Both the position numbers and the translations under genes were made by a program. From assembly GCF_009914755.1 (NCBI RefSeq), contig NC_060938.1: a stretch of DNA of 64,000 nt. One strand, given 5' to 3'. Position 1 is the stretch's first letter. Each line of letters opens with the position of its first letter. Source of the stretch: the human T2T-CHM13v2.0 reference genome, Homo sapiens. The notes under the pieces are model-generated. The model ran no database searches, was not told the DNA's origin, and worked only from the letters and a program-made list of their open reading frames with translations. This document shows positions 42,725 to 64,000 of the stretch, in pieces.

Positions 42725-44823
42725 GTAAGGATTTTTTTCTTTTTGGAGAAATTTGGGAAGAAAGATAATGAAAGGTGGAGAACTTGCTACAAGTTACACT
42801 GAACAATTTAAATTGTTTAGAAAACTTGTTAAACTATTGAGCTAATTCCAGAAGGATTCATTTTATAATGAATAAATGTGTACTATAATAAGCTTAAGTC
42901 TTTCAAGTAGTAGTACATCCGTGTTGTAAAGATTAAAATAATACGAATCTGGAGAAGGGGCCCTAAACACGCTTAGGTGATCTTATTAAAAGTAGAGGGC
43001 GGTTAATACAGCGTGTAGCATGGCTAATGTGAGCTTCTTTCTCTTGCCATCAATATTTCCATCCTTTCCTCCCTCTGTTGCTATTTCAGAAGTACCCTAA
43101 GCCCCTTATTTTCAAAGTTAATCCAAGCATGCTCTTAAAATCTTCCTTTCCCAAGACCTTGCTACCTGTGTTTATCACCTTTGTTTCTCTCCCAACAAAG
43201 CACACAAGGCATTTTTACTTTATTTCCAGTTTTTCCTACCCTGCAGTTCACTTCAATCTTTGAACCAACAGTTATATAAGGTAGTAAGAACAGCTTATAT
43301 ACTTAGCACTGACCTGGAAATTGAGGACAGGTGATCTGATCCACAAGTATAGAACTCTTTGCACTCTACTGCACTGCCCATAGTGAGTAATATGACTGTA
43401 TATTCATCCCCAAGGCTCAACTTCCTAATTGTCATTGACTTTTTCATTTCCTTTGCCACATCTGTCTAATAATTGCTCTCCACATCCTATAGGGTCCGTT
43501 TTGTCAGTATTGTTAACATTCCTTCCTTTTTTTAATAGTGACCTTAATCTAGTTCAGGTCCGGATTTGCCTCCTTTCCAAACTCTTGTTATTTGGTCTGT
43601 TCTGTACATTGTGGCCAGACTTATTCCCATGAAAGATATTTCTAATATTGATATTTTTCCTTTGCCAAAGCCTCCTTTGGCTTCATTCCTACAAAAGTTT
43701 ATAGAATGCCATATGCCCTTCTGATTTTTTGGTTTCTTTCTCTCATTGTTCTTCTTTATGTCTGCATTTCAGAAAACAACTGCTGATGGTTTCCTGTGTG
43801 TGTCTTCTTTTCCCCACCTAAAATGCATCACATTTAGTCTCCCTATTCTTGGTTCATATGTCATCTCCTCAGGAAGACATGATGATTAATGCACTCTTCC
43901 TCTAACCCCTAGTCATTTGGAGTTCCCATAGAAGCACAGCACTTCATCTGAAACTTAATCACAGTATCTGGGTTTAGCCTGAGGGCTAGGATATTTTATC
44001 TCATTCAATTGTATTGATACTATATTTTTATCTTTATGAATTTTATAGTGAAACATTCTTCAATTAGAATATGCCCTCTGAATTAACATTATTATTACCA
44101 TGATATAACAGTCCTGTAGGGCATAAGTTTAAGGTCATGCCATTGTTAGGCAAAAAACACAGCAGACCCTCTGCTGGTTTAACTGTTCCCTAAAGTTTTC
44201 CTCCATTGAGAGTCTAATTTCTTGATTATAACTTTTGGGGATACAGAGATAGCTTTGATTCTATGTGGGAGATTTCTGTACTAGCAGATGCTGGTATGAA
44301 GAATAGATAAAAGAAAATCTCTTTATATGCTACATGCCTTCCTTTCTCCCAACCTAGACTTCGATAGCTTGAGTGGAAAAATATTTTCAGCTGCTCTTCA
44401 TAACAGCCTCTGTGAAAGCAAAAAGATTATCTACAAAAAATTATACAAATACAAGATTAATTTCCTAAATTTTATGCCCTAAGTCACATGTTTATGGTGC
44501 CTAAAAAACAATTAACTTGATAACTAAACATTTATGTATTATCTCTTGAAAAGGTCTATTTTCACACTATTTCAAAAATTATTTATTTTATATGCAATAC
44601 CTAAGACATAATACTTGAGAAGGAAAATATATCCTGTCATGAAGATTAAAAAGTTATAATATTTAGGTAATTTATCACAAAGGAATTTACTAAATTTTGC
44701 TATATCAGTTGTGGAATTTTCATAGTGTATACATGATCACTTAATAACAAAATTTTACTTGCTGTAACCTTTTAACATGAATTTATTTTAGTGCCCTTTT
44801 AATCTTCATGCAATAACTTTTAG

Positions 44824-44897
44824 GCAGTTTGAAGAGAACACATGAAGAAGAGGATGATTTTGGAACCATGCAAGTGGCGACTGCACAGAATGGCTGA
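44824..44897 (+). CDS. STYX: STYX coding exon 11 (last): SLKRTHEEEDDFGTMQVATAQNG*
   Basis: acttttag| acceptor, TGA at 44895-44897. Summed exons give 672 nt = 223 aa + stop. Confidence 0.94.
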
Positions 44898-48785
<3,888 letters not shown>

Positions 48786-48984
48786 TTGAAAAGCTCATTC
48801 ATACTGCTGCTTATACCTCAAAACTTCTTTACTTAGATTGTTATCTGCTGGGTAAAAGTAACCCAAATTTACTCTGAGTTAAGAAGAGTGGATGAACATT
48901 GAATGTTGAGAAGCACTTAAGAGTATACTCTAAAACACTGTGGTTACACACACACACAAAATTATGGTCTGTAGTCCAGGCAAG

Positions 48985-52104
<3,120 letters not shown>

Positions 52105-52252
52105 TTACTTTAGAAACCTCCGACACATGTAGTTTTCTTCAGATACAGTATATCCAAACTTTTTATAGAAACCAACATTTTGTGGTAGACATTCAAGGGT
52201 AATCTTGTAACAGTTCAGTTTCTTGCTTAGCAAAGTAAGGGTTGATAATAAC
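52105..52252 (-). CDS. GNPNAT1: GNPNAT1 last coding exon: [48 protein letters not shown]
   Basis: Acceptor tttcag. GNAT motif B (FYKKFGY). Summed exons give 555 nt = 184 aa + stop. Confidence 0.96.
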
Positions 52253-52529
52253 CTGAAATTTAAAAAGGGGGTAGGGTGAGGAGATAGCATTTATTAATAA
52301 AAATTGATTCTAGTAACAATATGAATTAATGTTATAAAACTTAAGTTTCCTTAGAAACAGGTTTAGATTATGGCTTTTCCCACTGCATTCATGTAAGTTG
52401 ATAAGCATTTAAATCACCAAAGCATTTTTACTTAGAGTCAAATATACTTTTATCTAGTAATCTCCAGCTCACTAATAAACAGGACAAATACAAAACTCAC
52501 CCTAAGCCCTCTTTAAAAATGAAATTTAA

Positions 52530-53514
52530 GGCTAGGTGCAGTGACTCATACCTGTAATCCTAGCACTCTGGGAAGCCGAGGCAGGCGATCGCTAGAGCCC
52601 AGGGGTTTGACACCAGCCTGGGAAACACGGCAAAACCCCATCTCTACAAAATATAAAAATTAGTAGGGCATGATGGCACATGCCTAAAGTCGCAGCTACT
52701 CCAGAGGCTGAGGGGGGAAGATCACCTGAGCCCAGAGAGGTCAAGGCTGCGGTGAGTAGTGATTGTGCCACTGCACTCCAGCCTGGGCAACAGAGTGAGT
52801 CTCTGTCTTGAAAAAGAAAAACGAATTTTAAGATGCATGTTAACACTAAAAACTCAACCTTTAAAAAAAAAAATGACCAAAATTATTTTGTAAAAATTCT
52901 TTATTTAAATCTATTTAAACAACTTCGGAGCAGTCGACATACCCACATAAAATGAGTACATAATAGCTTTGCTCTTTAATCATTTTTAAAGCTACTTTAA
53001 TATTTGTGAAGGTGTGTATCAGATTAACTCAAGATTGGTCTAATTAATATGAAGTGGAAACAAAGCAAGTCTACATCTATACAAAATTTCTTAATGAATC
53101 CAAACCCAGTATTAAAGTGTGGATCTAAGTGCCTTAGAGGATAAAAACTATAAAAGATATACAAACTTGAAGGGTCTGCCCATGTTTGAACAGACTAAAA
53201 AATCCTATTTTTAAAAAAAACAAAAGACCTTGACTGAAGTATGCCTGGCTGGTTGCAGTGGCTCATGCCTGTAATTCCAGCACTTTAGGAGGCCAAGGAT
53301 CACTTGAGTCCAGAAGTTCGAGACTAGCCAAAGCAACATAGCAAAACCCTATCTCTATAAAAAATTAGCTGGGTGCAGCGGCATGCACCTGTAGTCCCAG
53401 CTACTTGGGAGGCTGAGGCGAGAGGCTCACTTGAGCCCCAGAAATTCAAGGCTGCAGTGAGCTGTGATCGTACCACTGTATACTCCAGCCTGGGCAACAG
53501 AAAGAGATCCCATC

Positions 53515-53545
<31 letters not shown>

Positions 53546-53972
53546 CATAAATTATATAGACTAGAACACAAGAAATCGGTCTGTTTTGTTCACTGAGGTA
53601 TTCCAAATACCTAGAATAGCATCTGGTACATAAGCAGGTATTTAATATTTGTTAATTCCTTAAAACTCAGAAGAGTTAGTGTTAAAAAGCAAGTTCTTGG
53701 GCCAGGCACAGTGGCTCCCACCTGTAATCCCAGCACTTTGGGAGGCCAAGGCAGGAGCACTGTTTGAGACCAGCCTGAGCAACATGATGAGGCCCCATCT
53801 CTACAAATTTTTAAAAATTAGCCAGGTGTGGCGTGTACCTGTAGTCCCAGCTAATTGGGGGGCTGAAGAGGATTGCTTGAGCCCAGGAGGCTGAGGCTGC
53901 AGTGAGCTGAGATTGAGCCACTGCACCTCAGCCTGGGTGACAGAGCTGTCAAAAACAGACCCTGTCTCAAAA
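52530..53972 (+). mobile_element. Three AluJ-like elements in the last GNPNAT1 intron
   Basis: Diverged Alu consensus at ~52530, 53247 and 53700. Confidence 0.85.
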
Positions 53973-54065
53973 ACTAAAAATTATAATAAATAAGAACTAC
54001 AAGTTCTTATAAAATGGCAATAAATCAATACCACTTATTTATATTTATTTTAAATGATTTAGATA

Positions 54066-54867
54066 TATACAGTGAAGGCTGTTTCAGTATGTATTTCTAC
54101 AACTTATGAGAATGAGAGATCACAGAATATTCTGTAATAGTTGAACATTTCCTTTGTTTTTAAATATGACAGAGAAGCTGAGGCAAATCCGATTAGCCCA
54201 AAAGTTTATCTCCTACTAGGACGAGAGCATTACTATAAAAAGTTAGTAATTTAAAGATGTTACTGTCTGTAAAGAAGTATGCTTCCAATTTTCAAACTTT
54301 AAGGCAAAATATGTATAATAATACTTTATTTCTTCATGAAATTCAGTCTAAACTATTAGAGTGAGAATAAGTTCAGAATTAATGAAGCCAAAAAGAACTT
54401 CAAACAAGTATCTTGTTAAGAAACTAAATTGGAACAAAATTTATCCAGGGTTACCTTGTTTCTGCCTACTTACAATTTGCCAAGCTGCTTTCCTCTGCAT
54501 TCATCACTAACAACAACATCTTCTACTCTTCCTCTCTGAAAATATTTACAATGTTTAAAGGAGTAAGCATTTACTTTTGTTTTTAGCTAAAACGAGTTGG
54601 TAAGAATTTACTGATAATAAGTAGTATATTTTGTAAACTTGAACTTAACAGAAATCAAATGCAAAAAATATTATACAGTGAAGGCTGTTTCAGTATGTAT
54701 TTCTACAACTTATGAGAAGGAGAGATCATAGAATATTCTGTAATAGCTGAACATTTCCTTTGTTTTTAAATATGACAGAGAAGCTGGGGCAAATCTGATT
54801 AGCCCAAAAGTTTGTTTCCTACTAGTATGAGAGTACTACTATTAAAAGTTAATAATTTAAAGATGTT
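54066..54867. repeat. 196-bp direct repeat (54066-54261 and 54672-54867), ~93% identical
   Basis: Manual ungapped alignment, ~13 mismatches, 606-bp offset. Confidence 0.92.
54474..54535 (-). CDS. GNPNAT1: GNPNAT1 coding exon 4 (62 nt): [20 protein letters not shown](L)
   Basis: ttttcag| ... TT|gtaagt. GNAT acetyl-CoA-binding motif A (RGKQLG). Confidence 0.96.
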
Positions 54868-55578
54868 TTTACTTATTAGAGGAAATAGTATGAGTCAAGT
54901 TGTGACCTAAACTTGTTTTGGCTATGTCCCCAACCTTCCCACCCCATTGTCTTTAAACAAATATCAGGATCAACATCACCAAAATGTAACCTTTTCATGA
55001 ATATATCCATCATTCTACTCCTTGCTTACTAGCAAGTTATTTTAGATATCCAAATAAAATTAATGTCTAGTACAGAAACCCCACCGAAATTCCTAAGTGT
55101 GACAGAACACATCCCAAGTGTTCCTACCTTATTCTCATTGAATTAAGGTTTTCTCTCCCTCTTTTTTTATTTACTATTTTATGTGAGTTATTGAGGGATG
55201 AAAGGGCACTACATGCATTAGATGTATCATAATTAGAACGGAATAATCTGAACCCTTTACCATGTGGAAACAAATTTATGCTAACGTGGTATATTCAGAG
55301 TTGTTTTTTTTAAAAGAGTAACATTAGGGATTTTGTGCATTACTGCTAAGTTGTTTGGTTTCTCTATGCCTATACCAAATTGATCCACCTTACAGAACAA
55401 TTTTAGCATACAATTCATACTGTTATACATTTTCTTTCTTAAAGCTCTCAGAACACACTGGGAAAAGGGATTTCTAAGAGGCACTGAAAATCAATGAGAA
55501 AACAGATTTGTCTAATGGAAACTCAAAGTCAGTTGTGCTAGAAAACAGCTGTCCATTTTATTTATAAGCAGCACATAC

Positions 55579-55706
55579 CTTAGCACAGGAATGGATGAAT
55601 TTATGTTCTATAATCAGAGTTGCCGTAGCAACAATCTGTCCTAGAGTCACATCTTCTACAACTGTAACATAATAATCCCCAGATTTCTTCATATGCTCAA
55701 AAGATT
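55579..55706 (-). CDS. GNPNAT1: GNPNAT1 coding exon 3 (128 nt): [42 protein letters not shown]
   Basis: tttccacag| ... AAG|gtatgt. Contains the GNA1-family EHKFIH motif. Confidence 0.96.
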
Positions 55707-57217
55707 CTGTGGAAATTGGATAACAAAGTGTTACATAGTAGACATTCAATTTTATGGGGAGCCAGAAAAATATTAGGATTAGCTGACTTAATTACTAAAT
55801 GTTTAAAGCTGTTTTACCATAGTAATTTACCTTCCATTTCTAAAGAAAATATTACCAAGTAGTTGAAATATCAGCAATTAGTATCAATTGGAATATAACC
55901 TACACATTCAAAATATCTGCTAGCAAAATAAAGACTAATATAGCTATTTTAGATGAACAACACTTAAAATACAAGTAAATGGCTGATGTTGCCACTTCCA
56001 TGACTAATGAAAACTTCAATTTCTTCATTTACTTTAAATAGATCTCTTTAACTTTTATACTCAATAGATATTCAAATATAACCTTTGCACATTTTAACAA
56101 GAGCATGTTTACATGGCTCAATTCTAGAATTTTTAGTCTTTTGCTTTCAAAATATTTTTACAAAATATATTTTAATTTTCCCTTTGTGATGGAAAGTGTT
56201 TTGTGATAACATGACTTGCTCTTGTTTGCTTTGAGAGCACCTTGCAAGGAAGTAAAAACATATCTGTTTCCAAGTAACTTTTCCAAGTCACATAGCAAAT
56301 AGGTGCAAAGATACTTCCCCTCAAATGGATTTTCAGTACTATTGCTGAAATAACATGGTTTCTCATCTAATTCATGTGCATGCAAAGAAAAATTCAGGAA
56401 TAAAAATTGAGGCTAATAGTCTCTCATATTGTTAATTTCTATGGTCTCATTCCAGATAGAGATCTAAAATGGGAAAAAGAAATTCAGTGAATGAAAATAA
56501 ACAATGAGAATCAGAATGATGGTCCTCATTCTCAGGAGGGTCAAATAGAATTCAATACAAAATTCCCTATTATAAGGAAATGAAGAATTGTAATTCCTCA
56601 GCTATTAAATATTACTAAATATTTAGTAATGATAATAATACTTCATTTCCTTTATAACAGGAAAAAGCAGTGGTAGAGCACTGGACAGAATTAAGGTTTT
56701 ATTCCTCACCGTAGCAATAACTACCTGTGATCTTGGGCAAGTCTTTGGATCTCTCTAAATTCCTATTTTCTCCTATGTCTAAAAGAAGAGGGGCAGGGGA
56801 CGGGTGGACTAACTCTTAAGATGCCTGCTAACCTTAAACTTCAATACAAATAAACCCCAAAATAAATTTAAAGCGTATAGTCTTGCTTTTTTGATTTGGT
56901 AATGAAATTTCTGTAAATAACCACAGTAAGGGAAATACTACAATAAAAAAACGAAAAACCTCTAGAGCTAACACCTAGGTCCTATGGTACAATAATTATC
57001 TAATAAAGTAGTCAGATAGTTTGCAAAAACAAAGTTACTGGTACATTTGGATTCTAGAACAACTCAGCCACATTAAACATTTGTATAAAACAGCTAATTT
57101 GTTCTTTGAATAATTTCCAGCTATTTGAACAAAAACAGAAGTGGGCACTGAACAGCTCTAAACAAAAATGAAATCATGTTTCCCTTTATTTCAGGAAAAA
57201 GAGGTTATAGTACTTAC

Positions 57218-57280
57218 TCATAAATTGTTCAGGGCTGACAACTCCAGTCTCTGTTAGCTGACCCAATACCTTAAAAAAAC
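57218..57280 (-). CDS. GNPNAT1: GNPNAT1 coding exon 2 (63 nt): (G)[20 protein letters not shown](K)
   Basis: ctag| ... A|gtaagt. Contains the GNA1-family LxQLT motif. Confidence 0.95.
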
Positions 57281-58291
57281 CTAGTTTTGAAAAACAGATT
57301 TCAAATTACGAGAATAGCAAAAGGAAGACAGTATGAAAATAAGCAATATATTAAGCAGGTGGGCTTACAGGCAATTATTTTTTCAGAACTTTCTATAATC
57401 TTTTAATTATTAGAATAAAGTGAACCCTATTCTTCTATAATCACTACATATAACAAAAATAACAGGTTTTACCAGTGCTTCTGCCTGCATAAGATGTTTT
57501 AAATAGTGCTGACCTTAATATCCAGTATTTATAGACCCAGAACATACATTCTTCAATGTATTATATTTTACATTAAGTTCAATGCAAAGGGTGCCAGATT
57601 TTCCCAAATATGTGATTTGGTTTTACTTAAAGGTGCAACATGGCTAAATACAATATTCGTAAATTAAAGTATAAGTAACACTGTTGAGATTACACTCTTT
57701 AAAATTGTAATTTCTAGTGAATTTCATTAGTGTTACCGGAAATTGATGTGAACAGTGCACCTGGAATTTTGAAAATCTTAACTTTCCTACACTCAATAAT
57801 TAGGCCAAAATTAGGCCCTTCAGGCTGTCTAGCAAAGAGATAATTGTGAAAAGGACAAAGTTGACTTTTAATTACCAAAGTTTAAGGAAGTTAACTTGGA
57901 GAATTTAGATGTTAAAAAAGAAATAACTGTATAAAAACCCTTTCAATTTATCCAAGGAAAATTATTTCCACCTTCATTCCCCAACCAGCTTCTTAAGATC
58001 CCTCCTTATGTGTCATCATACATGATAATTTAATTTTTGTTTATGAGAAATCTTTTTGGCTTAATTAGGAAGGAGTGATGTTGTATTTAAGTCATTTTAA
58101 ATATTTCACAGTAATATTTGGTCTTAGCCATGACACACACTCATTGGTATTGAGTGTCCATCACTTTAAAAACTAAGTATTATACAAAAAATAGTCCAAA
58201 AGTCAAATATTTAAAAAAAATTATCTGCATCATAATGTTTAGAGAAAAATGGAAGGCTAACTCTAATTTTACACAGGATTTTGTACATTAC

Positions 58292-58445
58292 CTCTATTTA
58301 AGTCAGCAGTACAAAGAGGCCTCAAAACCAAGCCTTCTCCAGGATGTGTTGGGGAAATGGCTGGAGAAAATGTAGCTGTATTCTGACTCCAGTCCACTTC
58401 TTTGAGTAGACTTGGGTCAAACATAGGAGTTTCATCAGGTTTCAT
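58292..58445 (-). CDS. GNPNAT1: GNPNAT1 (glucosamine-6-phosphate N-acetyltransferase) first coding exon: [51 protein letters not shown]; 14 nt of 5' UTR extend to the acceptor at 58459
   Basis: aaaATG, acceptor ttttattttag, donor G|gtaatg. Matches the recalled GNPNAT1 N-terminus. Confidence 0.95.
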
Positions 58446-58700
58446 TTTTCTAGTAAGGTCTAAAATAAAAATTTGAATATTAAGTCACTTTATTTAATAG
58501 AAGGAAAATTATGATTGTTGAGAAAGTTAATATAAATTAATGCAATTAGAAGCATTCTTTAGCACATATGCGAGATATTTTACTGCAACCCAGCCTGAAT
58601 CTAACATTAAATTCCACAACTACAGATAAATAGAAAAATCATGCCTACTATCAGATAAAAAAATGGCTAAGTGACTAAATTAGTAAGTTTTAAACTATAA

Positions 58701-60306
<1,606 letters not shown>

Positions 60307-60596
60307 TTAAATTAAAATTAAACTGTATAGTGTTTCTCAGTTGCATCTAAGCAGCTTAAAAATAGCTGGTGTTTTTCATGCTATTGAAAAGTGATCATGA
60401 TATTTCCCCCTCTTTTTTGAACATTTAGAAATGAGCAGGTTCTCACTAGTTGTAATGTTTTAAAACTGAGACTAAATAACAGAGAAGTAACGATAGGAAG
60501 GATGAAAAACAAATCATACAAAGCATAAAACTGGGGCCAGGGGGCTTCTGTGCAGCACAGAATTGCTAAAAGAAACAGATGCTTCCCAACAATTAA

Positions 60597-60649
60597 AAGT
60601 TGAGTATTCCTTATCCAAAATGCTTGGGACCAGAAATGTTTCAGGTTTT

Positions 60650-60684
<35 letters not shown>

Positions 60685-60931
60685 CAGATTTGGGGATATT
60701 TGCATATACATAATGAGATATCTTGGGGATGGGACCCAAGTCAAAATTCATTTGTGTTTCATATACATCTTATACAGATAGCACAAATATTTTACACAAT
60801 ATTTTAAATAATTTTGTGCATGGAAAAGTTTTTGTACATTATACCAGATGTGGAATTTTCCACTTGTGGCATCATGTTGGCCCTCAATAAAGTTTCAAAT
60901 TTTGGAGTGTTTTGGATTTTTGGATTAGAGA
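60597..60931. mobile_element. Tigger4-like relic with expanded internal poly-T
   Basis: gttgagtattccttatccaaaatgcttgggaccagaa matches the element at 23566-23891 in the opposite orientation. Confidence 0.75.
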
Positions 60932-61189
60932 TCCAAAAAAAGCAGTCCCCAACTTATTTCTATATCCAGTTAAAGAAACCATATTTTAATGAGAGAACAA
61001 TTTGCCCAATAACCTAACCCCCAATTGTTCCTTATTTCATAAGTCACAGTATGCTTTAGGGCAAATATTCTTAACTTTTCCTTAAAGATGGATAATAAGT
61101 TTCTGCCTGTATAATCCTATGTAACTATATAAGCAATGCTGCAATATACTAGTTATGGGAAGGTAGTGTGATGTGATGTAACAACAGAA

Positions 61190-62920
<1,731 letters not shown>

Positions 62921-64000
62921 GGGCCAGCTTCAGAAGCCCCTGACCTGTGCCGTTACACAGGGCCCTGCACTTAAGTTTGATACCCTGCTGCCACTGTTTT
63001 GAAGTTCTTAATTTTTTAACAAGGAACCCTGCATTTTAATTTGGATTACCACAGATTACGTAGCCAGTCCTGCTAGGTAGTATGACTTCAGACTCTGCTC
63101 TTAACCATTACACTGAAGATGCACTAGAGTAGATAAATTCCCTATCTTACTGTTGTACAAGGGTTAAAAATTAAGTCATAAGCAGCACTTAGAACCTACA
63201 TTTGGAAAATGGGAATCAGACTAGTCAAAATACATTAAACAAAGCATTACAGATTGAAATAAGAATCTATTAACCAGGCAATCAGAAATTAACATCAAAA
63301 ATTTTTTTATGAGCTATTCTACAAAACAGAGCCATACTGAAGGCCCACTTTAGCTCACTCTGTCCTCAAACCGTAAAATTCTGCTGGTGCCCAACTAAGG
63401 TACTGGGCAAAGTGAAGCAAGATATGACTTGAAACCTGGTTCCAAGGGGGTTTAGAACATAATTAAATAAGTAATTTTATATAAATAATCTTTTAGCATC
63501 TTCAGGTGCCCAGATATTGCAAAACTAGGAAATTTCTGCGAATAAAATTGCACAGTTGTGTGAAGCGGAATCTCATCATATCATTAGGTTCTTTAAAGTT
63601 TTTAGATGAACTTTAAACACTAATCCTCCTTAAGTATTCCTCAGAACCTTTTCTGATTAACTGCTAAATTAGCAGGCGTTTAGAAGACCCGTTTAAGCCT
63701 AACCCTAGCCCAATAATGCCTAGTGAATGAATAACGAATAAGACTTACCTGTAGGTCACATTTCAGAAAATCCAGAAGGACAAAAAAAAAAAAAAAAAAA
63801 AAAATTCCCAAACTGCCACAATATCGCGGAAAGCATACACCAAATTCATTTTTACTAGTCATCACATCAGTTGAATATTTTTTCACTCAATTGAATATTT
63901 TTTAAACAAAACTTCAACTATTTGGCGTCTGAGCCTCTGTATCAGGTTGGAATACGAATGGGGAGAGAGGCTGCTGCTAGAAGCAACCAACGGAGAGCAA

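Noticed and set aside
54066-54261. Direct-repeat unit as a duplicated snoRNA or CRISPR-like repeat
   Set aside because: No convincing box C (RUGAUGA)/D pair or H/ACA layout in the host-sense direction by eye. Only two long copies and no spacer array.
52105-55749. ORF-track entries 52105-52290 and 55558-55749 as stand-alone proteins
   Set aside because: They are GNPNAT1 exons read through into flanking intron sequence.

Overview
Human-type (primate, Alu-dense) genomic DNA, recognised from spliced translations as the PSMC6-STYX-GNPNAT1 locus (chr14q22, from memory). It holds three genes. (1) The last coding exon and 3' UTR of PSMC6 (+). (2) The complete STYX pseudophosphatase gene (+): CpG-island promoter at ~3.7-4.5 kb and 11 coding exons, all under 100 nt, which splice to 672 nt = 223 aa + stop, followed by a ~3.9-kb 3' UTR. 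(3) All five coding exons of GNPNAT1 (-), 555 nt = 184 aa + stop; its first non-coding exon and promoter probably lie just past the window end. The rest is ~50 Alus, ERV1/MaLR LTRs and Tigger/hAT DNA-transposon relics. Almost all ORF-track entries are Alu or random artefacts. I found no clearly new gene system. The best leads are: a strong-Kozak uORF in the STYX leader that shares its frame with a 109-codon stop-free alternative frame across STYX exons 1-4; a ~196-bp direct repeat bracketing GNPNAT1 coding exon 4; a polypyrimidine-AG|GTAAGT ratchet-like site in GNPNAT1 intron 1; a possible Alu 3' transduction and inverted Alus in the GNPNAT1 3' UTR; and STYX/GNPNAT1 poly(A) signals converging ~250 bp apart. 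Exon coordinates were hand-derived and frame-checked. Repeat boundaries and family names are approximate and from memory.
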